From: Octopus sinensis
Taxonomy: Eukaryota
Length of the DNA stretch: 64,000 nucleotides
Direction of reading: 5' to 3'
Assembly: GCF_006345805.1 (NCBI RefSeq)
Contig: NC_042999.1
Coordinates: 129,766,001-129,830,000, forward strand
Made by a program: the position numbers and the translations under genes. Positions 51,190-63,922 of the stretch are shown here, piece by piece (the first letter of the stretch is position 1; every line of letters starts with the position of its first letter). The notes beneath the pieces are model-generated. The model saw only the letters and a list, made by a program, of their open reading frames with translations, did not search any database and was not told where the DNA came from.

Positions 51190-51620
51190 AAAACTCCACT
51201 TTTGATTTTAATTCACTGTCAGATTTTGCATGGTTATATGGTGCAGAGACATGGGGAATGAGAAAGGCAGAAAGGAGGTGACTAGATGTGTTTGAGATGA
51301 AATATGTTTGAGCTGAGATGGGTGGACTGGATGAGGAATGAGGAGGTGAGAAGGTAAGCAGGAATGAGAGAAAAACTAACAACCTAAATGGATTGACGAA
51401 TGTTGGGGTGGTTTGGTCGCATGAAGCAGATAGCTGAGGAGTGGATAGTAAGGAGGGTGATGAAGGTAGAAGTGGTAGGCAGCAGAACCAGAAGCAGACC
51501 TCGGTTTGTGTGGATGGATGGAGTGAGGAAAGCTTTGGTGGTTAGAGGTGTTGGAGTGATAGGCAAGAGAGTTTATAAATGATAGGAAAGCTTGGAGAGT
51601 GTTTGTGGATGAATGAGTGA
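51190..51620 (+). mobile_element. LINE 3'-end fragments (a + copy at about 51375-51620 and an oppositely oriented piece at about 51195-51370)
   Basis: WFGRMKQIAEEWIVRRVM and RPRFVWMDGV remnants. Confidence 0.65.
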
Positions 51621-51920
51621 ATATGATGTTGCTCAAAGGGATACGGAACCAGCATGATGCGGCATGAGTAAACCAGCATATGCTGTTGGGCCCCGCTACT
51701 GATATTGGGAGTTGCATTCTATGCCTAGACCTGAGCATAGAACAAGGCTCGCCTCTTTGAGCTGCGAAATGAATGGAATGCCTGGTGTGTGTCTTGTTGT
51801 GGCTACACACTCCTAGAAAATGGGGAACAGGCCTGGGTATATAAAAAAAGTTTTTGATTGAAATTCTTTCTTTGCAATGAGCAATATAAAGAAACATTGA
51901 GAATACAGGAAAATTCTTAC

Positions 51921-52019
51921 TGTGACATCAGCTGAGGCAAAATGAATTTCATGTCTTCATATACTGCCTTGTATTGCATACATGTAGCTGTTGGGTTGAT
52001 AATAACTTCAACTTCTCCT
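51921..52019 (-). CDS. CNBD-like exon (GEVEVIINPTATCMQY...PQLMS)
   Basis: ttttatag acceptor, GTAAGA donor, phases 2->2. It continues the YFILEGEV motif. Confidence 0.88.
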
Positions 52020-53137
52020 CTATAAAATTCATAAAAATAGACGTATTTATTCTATGAAAAAATATTGAAAAAATAATTTTTTAAGCATTTTTAAAATATT
52101 TCATTCATGATAGTATATTTCAGCTACTTGCTGGATAAAAATTAGAAGAAATGATAATATTAAAAATGTACCTTGTAGACTAGCATGTACTGTCATCATG
52201 GAAACTAAAATTGAAAAATTAAATGTTTTCCAATAATATTGAGAATTTTCAAAGATTTGTTTGAAATTTTAAAAAGGACTAGCTCCACTGGCTACCATAT
52301 GAACTGTGTATAACAAGCCTTATATCTTTCATCTTTAATCTGTTTCAGTCATTTGATTGTGGCCATGTTGGGGCACAACCTTGAAGAACTTTTAGTAGAC
52401 TGAATCAACCCCAGTATTTATTATTTCTTTTTAAGCTTGGTACTTATTCTATCCGTCTCTTATTGCTGAACCACTAAGTTATAGGGATGTAAACAAACCA
52501 GTACTGGCTGCCAAGCAGTGGTGGGGGACAAACAAAGACACACACACACATATATATGATGGGCTTCTTTCAGTTTCCATCTACCATATCCATTCACAAG
52601 GCTTTGGCTGGCCTGAGGTTATAGTGGAAGAAGACACTTGCCCTAGGCGCCACACAGTGGGACTGAGCCCAGACCCATGTAGTTGGGAAGCAGGCTTCTT
52701 ACCACATAGCCTCACCTGCACCTATATTTCATCCATCTTCACTTTCTGAGTTCAAATTCCACAGAGGATAACTTTGCCTTTCATCTGTTCAGGATCAACA
52801 AAATAAGGGCCAGTTAAGAACTGGGGTTGATGTAATCAATTTCTTCCTTGGTTTGATTGCTGGCCTTGTGCCAGAATTCAAGACCAGTATATATGGGTTA
52901 TGATAAGAATCACTTCTATATTAATATGTGTGTGTGTATATATATATTTATATATATATATAATTAATTCTTTTATTTTGTTATTTTATTATTTATATAT
53001 ATATATAATAAATGCGAATGTCAGTGTGTCATGCTTTTTCAACTTTACTCCTAGAAGCCATAGCCCAACATATACCATTTTGGAATCAGGCCTGTTTGTG
53101 ATGCCCTAGTGTGTTTAGTAGAGGACACTAAGGCATC

Positions 53138-53177
<40 letters not shown>

Positions 53178-53589
53178 TTATGAGAGGTAATGGTGTCAGG
53201 AAAACCCAAAGGTGTCAGGTAATGCTGAGTAAGTACTATGGACAGACTATAATTAAGCTCCAGTTCTGTGAGTAAATTAAAAACATTCCAGGCCAAATCC
53301 AGACCTGCAATCCTGAAATTTTGGATTCACAAGTTTTCATTACTGCGATTGTTACTGATGATTTTTTTACATGATTTTTTTGCAACAAATTTTTTTGTAT
53401 GATAACAGTTTTTATAACTTGGAAATAAATTATGAGAATAATCAAAATTAATTGTGAAATCTGGCATTATTTTTGGCAATTTTTTAATGTCATTTTTTGC
53501 AACGAATTTGATCATAATTGGGATATGACTCTGGAGGAAGCAATTGCAACAAATTCTCCAAAACAAGTCATTGGGCGGCTTTTAAGCTA

Positions 53590-53673
53590 GTATATATATA
53601 TATATATATATATGATGATGATTATATATATATATATATATATATGATATATATATATATATGATGATGATTA

Positions 53674-53737
<64 letters not shown>

Positions 53738-53755
53738 ATATAATATAATATAATA
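53590..53755. repeat. (TA)n/(ATG)n/(TAA)n microsatellite
   Basis: Directly visible. Confidence 0.95.
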
Positions 53756-54103
53756 TAAGGAAATAATTTTGTTTTCAAATGCAGGATAATGCTTAATAAT
53801 ATAGCATGAATAGGATAAACCACCCATATTTCTGCAAAATATGGGTAGTTTATACTGCATTTGAGAATAAAATAATTTCCTTATCTTTCAATACATCTCA
53901 ACACTTCAAAAGCAAACTTTGTTTACTGTCATCACAATTTGAATTTATACATATATACAGTTATGGTATAGTCTGTTAAAACTCATCCACCTTCAGAGTT
54001 ACCCTGTGCTATCCAGTAGTAGTATTATATGTACTTCCAGGTTTGTGTATTATATATATATATATATATATATGCATTGAATAAATGCTGATAGTTAACT
54101 TAC

Positions 54104-54413
54104 TCTAAAATAAAGTAAGTTTTATCAAGAGGAGATCCTTGTTTCACAATAGTATTTCCATATTGAAATGTTTCCTTCTTTAGACAGATAATTAACTGAC
54201 GTCTGGTTTTGTGTGCAAGACCTTTGAATAGAGGATTGTCAAGTACAAACTTGCGACGTTCTATGTAGTCTCTCTCCAAGGTTTCACGCACTGATCGGTT
54301 GTACAATTCTTGGTCAATGACTATCAGGTCTGTTTCTTCATCCACAACAACACTTGCTATGCGTACACAATCCTTCTTGATAAGAGCCAGTTCTCCAACC
54401 ACAGAGCTAGCAC
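54104..54413 (-). CDS. CNBD-like exon (ASSVVGELALIKKDCVRIASV...IVKQGSPLDKTYFIL)
   Basis: Contains a phosphate-binding cassette (GELAL...R) and the start of a second CNB domain. tgtag acceptor, GTAAGT donor. Confidence 0.93.
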
Positions 54414-55071
54414 CTACACAATATATATATAAGTAGCTGTTGTTAATATAACATTGATGAAAATCATCATTAGTACTTCAAAATAATTTAAATCATATTT
54501 TTTTTAATTATCAGTAAATACAATTTTCACACATTTTCACAGCAAATACAAATTTTCAAATTTTATTCTATCAGAACATATATAGTTCATATTGTTTAGT
54601 TGTAATTACATTATTAAATACTAGAACATTATTATAAAAACATACATTAATTGTTCCCATAAAACATGACATTCCCTTATACTTTTGAAAGCCTAAGCAT
54701 TTTTATCTTTTTGAAAGCCTAAACACATCTATCTTCTTTGAAAGCCTAAATAGCTAGTTGCTACTTTATTTATACTTAATTCAATCAGAATGTCTTACAT
54801 ATTTTTTATTTCATTGAAAAACTTCAGATATATTTTCACCCTATCAGAACTTGTTATACAGTGTTCTCAAAAAACATTAATAAACACCGATAGGGTTTAT
54901 TTTATAGACACAGGATGGCTCAAATAAAACATGTTTTAACTCAGTCATATATTAACTAATAATATTCTAGGTAGTAACATATCTACTTATTCTTAATATG
55001 TTCTGACAGATTTAAACAAGAATATCTGATTGTTGATTTTCACCACATGAAAATGCCTTCTTCCTTTAGAT

Positions 55072-55423
55072 CAGTGGCTCTCAACTGGGGCTCATATGGC
55101 CCCTGAAGGTTCATATAAGATTTTGGAATGTCCACAGAACAAAATAGTAAAATGGGGATTCACAATAGTATTTTAAGGGCCCTTGAAAAAAATTTTGTTT
55201 TAGATGTATGTAATGGTATGTATTGCAAGAAACAGCTAGATTTCTTTCTCTAATATTTTACATAGTTTAACCTATACAAGTTAATTGTGAAAACCAAAAT
55301 AGAAATTTTGAAAGAAGCTTCTATAATACAAGTTTTTAAACATTGAATGGCTATGGGGGTTCACCAGAATAAAATAGTAATCAAAGAGATCCAAAGATAA
55401 AAAAAAATGGTTGAGAACCCTTG
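55072..55423. mobile_element. hAT-family MITE
   Basis: TIRs CAGTGGCTCTCAAC / GTTGAGAACCCTTG and a perfect 8-bp TSD, CTTTAGAT, on both sides. Confidence 0.9.
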
Positions 55424-56579
55424 CTTTAGATGATCTGTGTTTTTAACATCATGTGTCACCAATTCAGCTGTGTAAAGAGACTTTGAGACACACCGTGTTT
55501 TGGCTTCATTGTGTGCCCCTGAAATGAAGCAGCCCTATGGTCAGACCAATGAATCATACAGGAGCACGAGTTCTTATTTATAACAATTAGCAAAACAGCT
55601 ATTTGCTGATGTTTACTGATGTTTTGACAAACAGATATTAATTAACTATCAGCAACCAAAGAAGTGCTTGTAATGAATTATAATTGGATGTGTTGTTTAG
55701 AATGTGTTTAACTGCCGTAAATATCCAGAGATACTATCTCATGTGCTAATTAAGCACCAACTATATTGGCTGATGAAATGATTATCTGCACCGTTACAGT
55801 AGTTTAAAATATTCTAAACAAGAGATCCAATTTAGGATGGTTGTGCTAATTATTAGATATTAATTCACGGGGTACATATATAACAGCGAGAATCCAAACA
55901 ATAACATATCTATTCGTTCTATTCATTCATTTACCCCATGAATTATTGTCTTCCATCTAAAATTGTGTATTTACTATCAATGATAGGAAAAAAGACATGA
56001 AAATGCTACTATAGAAGTTGATGAATGAAAAGGATGGTGGAATAGGGAAGTATAACCCTAACTGAAACAACCACAGGGATCAGCTATCAAGCTTAGTTTC
56101 AATATAGTTGATAAGATTATTAAGGAAACTAAAGGAAAATATCAGGTCCATCAGATACCCTGATAGTATTAACATCGGTTAGATGTAGGCCATAGGTGGT
56201 GCAATGAGTTATTCCAAGATTGATGTAGTATTATCAACATTAACTGTTACACAAGAGAACAGGATAATTAAATTTGCTTTAATCAACAGCCAAATCTCTC
56301 TCCATACACACCCTACCATCTTCAAAAGAAAGACACATCAGATAATATAGTCTTAAAACACTGTGCCAGAAAAGAAAAATGGGATGGTAGCAACTGGATC
56401 ACAGGTCTGATCAACAGGATTGACATGGGATGAACCTACTGCTGGAGCATAGGGAAGGGAAATAGTTACAAACACCAGGAACTCTCATAACTCAAAAAGT
56501 TATTGCTTTGTTAGCAACCAGCTTGAACTCTCTTAAGAACTTAAATTAATCTCAAAGAACAATCATTCATTTGTTCACT

Positions 56580-56785
56580 CATTCATACGTACATACATAT
56601 GTACATACATACAACATACATACGTACATACATACACACATACGTACACACATACATATATGCACATATATATGTACATGCATACGTACATGCATACACA
56701 CATACATACGTACATACATACGTACATACATACATACATACATGCATGCATACGTACATACATGCATACATACATACATACATAT
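56580..56785. repeat. (CATA)n microsatellite
   Basis: Directly visible. Confidence 0.95.
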
Positions 56786-56944
56786 GACATGCTTTTGTGG
56801 CATTTCAATCAAACCACATTGCACTTGCAAAGCATCGAGCAATCGAAGGCAGCCGTAGAGGACACTAAAGCATCACAAAATGAGATCAAATGCAGAACCA
56901 AATTATTGTAAAGTAATGCATATTCAGATGTTTATAAAACTTAC

Positions 56945-57090
56945 CTGTGCTTGCCTTATATTCTCCTAATATAGACCTATCTTCTAGTAGTTCACCTTTA
57001 CACATGGAATTTATCACATTTAATTGGTCAACATCATTTAATAAATCTTGAACATAGATTGACAGCAAGCCTTTCAGAACAATGAACATT
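56945..57090 (-). CDS. CNBD-like exon (MFIVLKGLLSIYVQD...ILGEYKAST)
   Basis: ctctttag acceptor, CAG|GTAAGT donor, phases 2->1. Confidence 0.9.
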
Positions 57091-58719
57091 CTAAAGAGAC
57101 AAAGAAAATATTTAACCAATAAATAATGATATTTGACAGTAAAACATAACTATATTGGTTTTAAATTATGGCACAAGGCCAGCAGTTTCAGGGAGTGGGT
57201 AAGTCAATTACATCGACACCCCCCCCCCCACATCAGTACTCAACTGGTACTTATTTTGTCAACCATGAAAATATGAAAGGCGAAGATGACACTGACAGCA
57301 CTTAAATTCAGAATGTAAAGACAAACAAAATGCCACCGAGCATTTTGCCTGATGGGCTAACCTTTTCTGCCAGCTCATCACCTTAGTAAAACAGCAATAC
57401 TAACTATTATCAATAACAGCATGTGTAACACATATTCACCGTGATCACCATGACCAACCAGGCTATCAGATGTTGCTACACACTGCTCGTCACAATGTGC
57501 TTCGCATTGTTTTAGCCTTCGAATGATGCCACCCCACTGGCTAAGCGAGGAGGCCAACAGAAGAAAGAGTGAGAGAAAGTTGTGGCGAAAGAGTACAGTA
57601 GGGATCGCCACCACCCCCTGCCGGAGCCTTGTGGAGCTTTAGGTGTTTTCGCTCAATAAACACATTCACCACACCCGGTATGGTAATCGAAACCGCAATC
57701 CTACAATCGCGAGTCTGCTGCCCTAGCCACTGGGCCATTGCACCTCCACATAACAGATATTAACCCTCCAAAAACACACAAAGACTGTTATATTCACTTT
57801 AACATTTATTATTTAGTATCTAATAAGAAAGATGCAGTGGAACTGCAACAGTAACCAGGTTGCAGTTGATACAACAAAAGTTTTTGACACCAAATAATAA
57901 ATGTTTCAGTCATGTCAACAAGTTTTGTGCATTTTTGAATGACTAATATGTCTTCTTTGTAATTGATTTAGTTTAAACACACAGTCTCAAATCAAATCAT
58001 TTGCTTGATGAGCACATCTCTAAAATCATGTTATCAGTATCTTATTAGATAAGGAAAGATGTCAAAGCTGGTAAGGAATCAAACAGAACACCTTGCAGAA
58101 TTTTGTTTCGTCCATTTACCTTATGAATTCAAGTTCCAACTGAAGTCAAGTTTGGTTTCACTCTCCCAGAGTTGATAAACATGGTACCAGTTAAGTACTG
58201 GGATTGATATAATTGGTTACACTATCCACAAAATTTATACACACACACATACATATATATACATACATACATACATACGTACGTACATACATACATACAT
58301 ACATACATAAATACATACATACATATGTACATCATACATATGTCTACTATGTATGTATAGTATTTCACTCTCTTGATCCAGTATCATGCCTCATATCTCT
58401 GAGATCCAACATATTAATATCTAACTTCACTATTTTCTCTCATATCTTTCAGAGTCACAAATAGCTTTCACTATCAACACACATGGCATGTTTTTCACCC
58501 AAAACTTATCATTCATTTAGATTACACCTCCATTCTGGAGCAATTGTATCACTTGTGTTAGCTATTGACTGATGTTTTTATTTACCCTAACTCTTTCAGT
58601 TTATTCGTGCTCTGGATTTTGTTAGATTTAGCAACCAAATCTCCTTCAATCACACCTTACCAACTAAAAAAAAAGACACATTGAAACATAATGAAATGAA
58701 AGAGTTAAAATAATATTTG

Positions 58720-59572
58720 TGAGGTGGTATCAAAAAGTTCCTAAACTAGTTCTGTAGGATGCCAACAGATGGCAGCACATGGTTGCAAGCATAGTGAGAG
58801 CTAGCAGTGACCATGAGGCAGTGTGCCAAGTGACATTGTTGTGTTTACTTTGCAAGTTGTGAAATTTGTGTTTTTGTAAACATTTGTGCTGTAGTAAGCG
58901 ATTTTGTTATGGACAGGAACAAAAAGCCAGCATAAAATTTTGTGTTAAACTTGGAAAGTTGTACACAATGTTTCAAGTGGCATGGGTGTTTCAAAAATGG
59001 AAGAACATCTCTGGAAGACGATGAGTGATCTAGAAGATCTGCCACAAGTGTCACCCCAAGAAATGTGGTATTTTGCATTGAGAATTCATCCCCCAAGGCC
59101 AGACCATCAATCAAGAGTTCTACCATGACATTTTAAAGCATTTGAGGAAGGACATTTGGCCAAAGCAACTGGATCTGTGGAACACGAATGATTGGATTCT
59201 TCACAACAATGCATCTAGTCACTGTGCTCTCCTCACTCGCGAGTTTCTTACCAAAACCATGGTATAGCATCTGCACTTGCCCTATTCACCAGATTTTGCA
59301 CCAGTGGACTGCCATCTCTACTCCAAGATGAAAATGCAGCTTAAAGGTCACTGTTTTAATACCATTGTCGGGATCCAGAGTGAACCGCAGAAGGCCCTTG
59401 ACTCACTAACAGGAAACAACTTCCAAGTTGGATTCTAAAAGTGGCAGGAATGCTGGAACCAGAGTATTGCTGCACAAGATGACTATTTCAAAGGTGATGA
59501 TGTTAAAACTTAGGTAAATAAGTTATTTTCTATTAAACATAGCTAATTTGGGAACTTTTTCATACTCTCTCG
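58720..59572 (+). mobile_element. Mariner transposon, internally deleted and decayed
   Basis: Degenerate TIRs (GTAT.AAAAAGTTCC) and a C-terminal CIAAQDDYFKGD remnant. Confidence 0.8.
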
Positions 59573-59667
59573 TATTTGTCATTATGCACATGAAATATGT
59601 TGCATGACTGTCATATTCCACTTAAGATATTTCTGATTAAGTTAAATGAAACAAAAACTACAATACA

Positions 59668-59684
59668 GATCTCTCTCTCCCCCT

Positions 59685-59722
<38 letters not shown>

Positions 59723-59748
59723 TCTCTCTCTCTCTCTCTCTCTCCCCT
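59668..59748. repeat. (CT)n microsatellite
   Basis: Directly visible. Confidence 0.95.
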
Positions 59749-61177
59749 CAGCTCAGCTTAACTTTACTCAACAGCCATTGCTCTGAAGTAAAATAAAATA
59801 TTAACTCACTATTAATCAGTGTAAGCTACAGTGATATCTCAATGGGAACTAATTGCAATGATCCCAACTTACAATCTCTTTGTACAAACTATCAAATTCA
59901 TTGTTTGTACCACGTAAAAAGCACCCAGTACACTCTATAAAGTAGTTGACATTAGGAATGGCATCAAGTCATAGAAACCAAGCCAAAACAGAGTTTTTGG
60001 AACCTGGTGCGGCCCCACTGGCCTTACCAGTTCTTGTCAAGCCATCCAACCCATGCCAGCATCAAAAACGGGTGTTAAATGTTGATGAAGATGATGATGA
60101 TGATGATGAAAGTGTTCTGAGATATATTCCCGTAGATGTTACAGTTGGTGTACCAACTAAACATACATTAATCACACTGGTGATCAGGCAATTTATTTAT
60201 TTCTTCTTTATCATTGGTCAATGTCAACTTGTAAAAGTTAGATCTGATTTTCTCTCCATATTATCCAATTCATTGTTAATTACTGTCTAAGTAGTAATTT
60301 ATAAAAGTCAAAATTAGCTCTGACATTCCAAGGTAAAGTTTTTATTAATTTTTGTTTTTTTCTTTTTAAAGTGCCTTTAGCAGAGTGCACTCTGTTACAT
60401 GCAGTAGTGCCTGACCTCTTTAATGTGGATACCTTCTTCCCATTAATCTCAAAGTCCCTGGAAAAACTTACTGGCACTTTGCTTTTCCCTCTGACTGAGT
60501 TATGTGTTATGGAGGTGTGGTGTGGTGTGGTGGTAAACCAGGCAAGATATTAAGTCTACTACCTAAACTTGTTCTAATAATCATCAATCACTTGACACTT
60601 TCCCTTTGTTTCTCATTTTTAATTTTTGTTGCTAAGGCATTGAGCTGGCAGAATAGTTAGCATGCTGGGCAAACTGCTTAATGGCATTTTGTCCATTTTT
60701 AAATTCTGGGTTCAAATTCTGCCAAGGTCAACTATGCTTGTTATCCCTTTTGGGGTTCATAAAATGAGTACCAGTTGAACACTGGGTTGATGCAATTGAC
60801 TTACTCCCTGCTACAAAATTACTGGCCTTATGCCAAAATTTGAAATCATTTTTAATTTTCTTTGCGAGAACTAACAATCATTTCTACTATAGACATAAGG
60901 CTTGAAATTTTGGGGAAAGGGGAGGTCTAGTCATTTACATTGACCCCAGTGCTCAACTGGTACTTATTTCATGAAAAGCAAAGTAGGGCTTCTTGGAATT
61001 TGAACTTAGAACATAAAGACAGATGAAATGCCACTAAACTTTTTGTCTAGCATGTTAACAATTCTGCCAACTTGCTGCTTTTTTCTGAGAACTAATAATG
61101 AACACAGGCAAAATGAGTAAGTGGTGGTGGAGAGACAGAATAATAATAACATCAAAAAAATATTTAAATATTTACAT

Positions 61178-61387
61178 AACATTGAACGATTTAAAAGGCC
61201 AAACAATGCAAATAGATTTTAAGATAAGGTAACGTAAACTAAAAGTAAGTTACCTGGTAATCTTTGGTCATATATGTATCCAATATTTGGGACATACAAG
61301 TTCCTTCTTCAGGTAACTTACTTTAGTTTACGTTACCTCATCTTAAAATCTATTTGCATTGTTTGGCCTTTTAAATCTTTCAACGTT
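61178..61387. repeat. Inverted repeat, roughly 79-bp arms with a 53-nt loop
   Basis: 61178-61256 versus 61310-61387 show 3 substitutions and 1 indel. Confidence 0.95.
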
Positions 61388-62419
61388 GTATTCCATATAC
61401 AATGCTTCAAGCAAACTATAAAATCTTATTTAAATATTTATTCAAACTCTTTATATTTTAAGTTCAAATCTTGCTAAAGTCAATTTTGCCTTTCATATTT
61501 CCCGGGTTGATAAAATGAAGTTCCAACCAAATACTGACATTGATGGAACCAAATTAACCACCACCCCTTAAAAGTGCTGGCCCTTTTGACTAAATAAAAA
61601 ACAATTTGTTACTAAATGTTTAAATTAGTCCAGTTCACCTCATAGAAATAGACCCCATTATAATTTTCTAGTTTTCTTTATTTCCACAAACAGAACCACT
61701 TCCACTAACTGGTTGTCCAGTACTGACTTAGCCATCCACTCTTTTCATCACCATCAATATGAGAATAAATATTCTTTCAAATTTTGGCTCAAAGCTAACA
61801 GTTTTAGGGAAGGGAACAAGTTGATTGAATCAAACCCCATGCTCAGCTGGTACTTATTTTATCGACCCTGTAAGGATGAAAGGCAAAGTCAACTACAGAA
61901 GAATTTGAACTAAGAAAGTAAAGATTGAAGAAATGCTGCTAAGCATTTTGCCCTGCATACTAATTATTCTGTCACGTTTTCTATATGCAAGCATAGCTGT
62001 GTGGTTAAAAAGCTTATTTTGTAAGCATGTGGTCTTGAGTTCAGTCTCACTGTACAGCATCTTGGGCAAGTGTCTTCTACTATAGCTCTAGGCTGACCAA
62101 TACCTTGAGAGTGAAATTACTAGACAGAAATTATGTGTAAGCCTAGTTTGTGTGTGTGTGTGAGTGCATGTGCGCATGTCTTTAGGTTTGTGTTTGCCCC
62201 ACACTGTCACCACATTTTGGTTTGTTTATGTCCCTGCAACTTAGCGGTTTGGCAAAAGACACCAATAGAATAACTGTCAAACTTCAAAAAATTAAGTAGT
62301 GGGCTTAATTTGTTTGACTAAACATTTCAAAACAGTGCCCTCACATAGCTGCAGTCCAGTGTCACTCCATTGGTTATGATGACAAGGGTTCCAGTTGATC
62401 TCATTAATGAAACAGTTTT

Positions 62420-62815
62420 ACTCTTTTACTCTTTTATTTGTTTCAGTCATTTGACTGTGGCCATGCTGGAGCACCATCATTAGTCAAGCAAATCGACCCC
62501 AGGGCTTATTCTTTTTAAGCCTAGTACTTATTCTATCAGTCTCTTTTGCCGAACTGCTAAGTTACGGAGACGTAAACATACCAGCATCAGTTGTCAAGCG
62601 ATGTTGGGGGGACAAACACAGACACAAACACACACACACGCATACATATATATACGACGGGCTTTCAGTTTCCTTCTACCAAATCCACTCACAAGGCTTT
62701 ACTATAGCCCGGGGCTATAGTAGAAGACACTTGCCCAAGGTGCCATGCAGTGGGACTGAACCCGGAACCATGTGGTTGGTGAACAAGCTACTTACCACAC
62801 AGACACTCCTGCGCC
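62420..62815 (-). mobile_element. tRNA-derived SINE family A, young copy (others at about 11208+, 16405-, 23655-, 30785-, 35590-, 40360-, 41090-, 52335-, 61987+)
   Basis: GGCGCAGGAG...TGTGTGGTAAG head with a B-box-like GGTTCAGTCCC, internal (TG)n, and a tail ending in GAAACAAATAAAAG. Many homologous copies. Confidence 0.9.
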
Positions 62816-63183
62816 TTTGTTTGTGAAGTTATTATGTAAGTGGCTGAGCACTCCACAGACATGCATACCTTTGATGTAGTTCTCAGAGAGATTCAGTGTG
62901 ACACAGAATGTGACAAAGCTGGCTCTTTGAATTACAGGTACCATTCATTTTTGCCAGCTGAGTGGACTGAAGCAATGTGAAATAAAGTATCTTACTTAAG
63001 GACACAATGCACCACTAGGAATCGAACCCACAACCTTACAACCATGAGCTGAATACCCTAACCACTAAACCATGCACCATCACTGTCCCATGACTGAAAC
63101 AAGTAAAAAATAGAAAGATAAAGATAGTAGTTGGAAAAAATTGTCACACAGTAAAATGTTAAATTGTAGATGAAATTACATAC

Positions 63184-63271
63184 TTTTCTCCAATTTCTCC
63201 TTGTTTAATAATCAACTCATTCGCCTTTTTTCTTTCAAATTTACAATTCCTTATGACATCTGTAATAGTTT
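63184..63271 (-). CDS. CNBD1/CNBD2-like cyclic-nucleotide-binding protein, first visible coding exon (ETITDVIRNCKFERKKANELIIKQGEIGE); may extend to an ATG at 63320
   Basis: The IIKQGEIG + KMFIVLKG join is a typical CNB-domain beta strand. GTATGT donor, and a ttctttccag acceptor or read-through from ATG 63320. Confidence 0.8.
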
Positions 63272-63840
63272 CTGGAAAGAATAAGTTATATTTAGCTACA
63301 CAAAAATCTGTTCCAGCCATGTAGGTCAAAACTCAGTCACAGTAGAAGTATAAATATCTGAATCAGTTTTTATGAAACATATCAATCATTGACTGATATC
63401 ATCAATAGAATGCAACATCTTATGAAGATATCGAAAAAAATCCTCAGAAAGATTTCTTACCTGAAAAATGGGTAAAAGTTAATGACAGGACAAGCAGTTA
63501 GCTGTAAAATAATCTTTTCTACTAAAGACACAAGGCCTGAAATTTGGTGGGAGGGGACTAGTTGATTGCATCAACCCCAGTGTTTCACTTGTGGTTAATT
63601 TATCGACCTCAAAAGAATGAAAAACAAGGTTGACCTCAGCAGAATTTGAACTCAGAATGCAGCAACAGGTGAAATACTGATAAGCATTTCGTGCAGCATG
63701 CCAACAATTCCGTGCAGCATGCCAACTCATCACCTTGTAAAATAATGTCTTAATAATGAATACTCACCCAACCCCAATACTAGCTTGGAAACAGATGTCA
63801 AATAAATCAACAAATATTTATGAATATATGCATGTGTATT

Positions 63841-63891
<51 letters not shown>

Positions 63892-63922
63892 ATCAAAATA
63901 AAAACATGATGCGAAGGATTCA

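Noticed and set aside
53236-53566. Overlapping minus-strand ORFs in a CNBD intron
   Set aside because: The CNBD exons on either side join in phase without them and no domain was recognised; likely an unclassified decayed repeat.
60378-60397. 14-bp perfect palindrome CAGAGTGCACTCTG (20 bp with one wobble)
   Set aside because: A single short palindrome without supporting context; expected occasionally in 64 kb.
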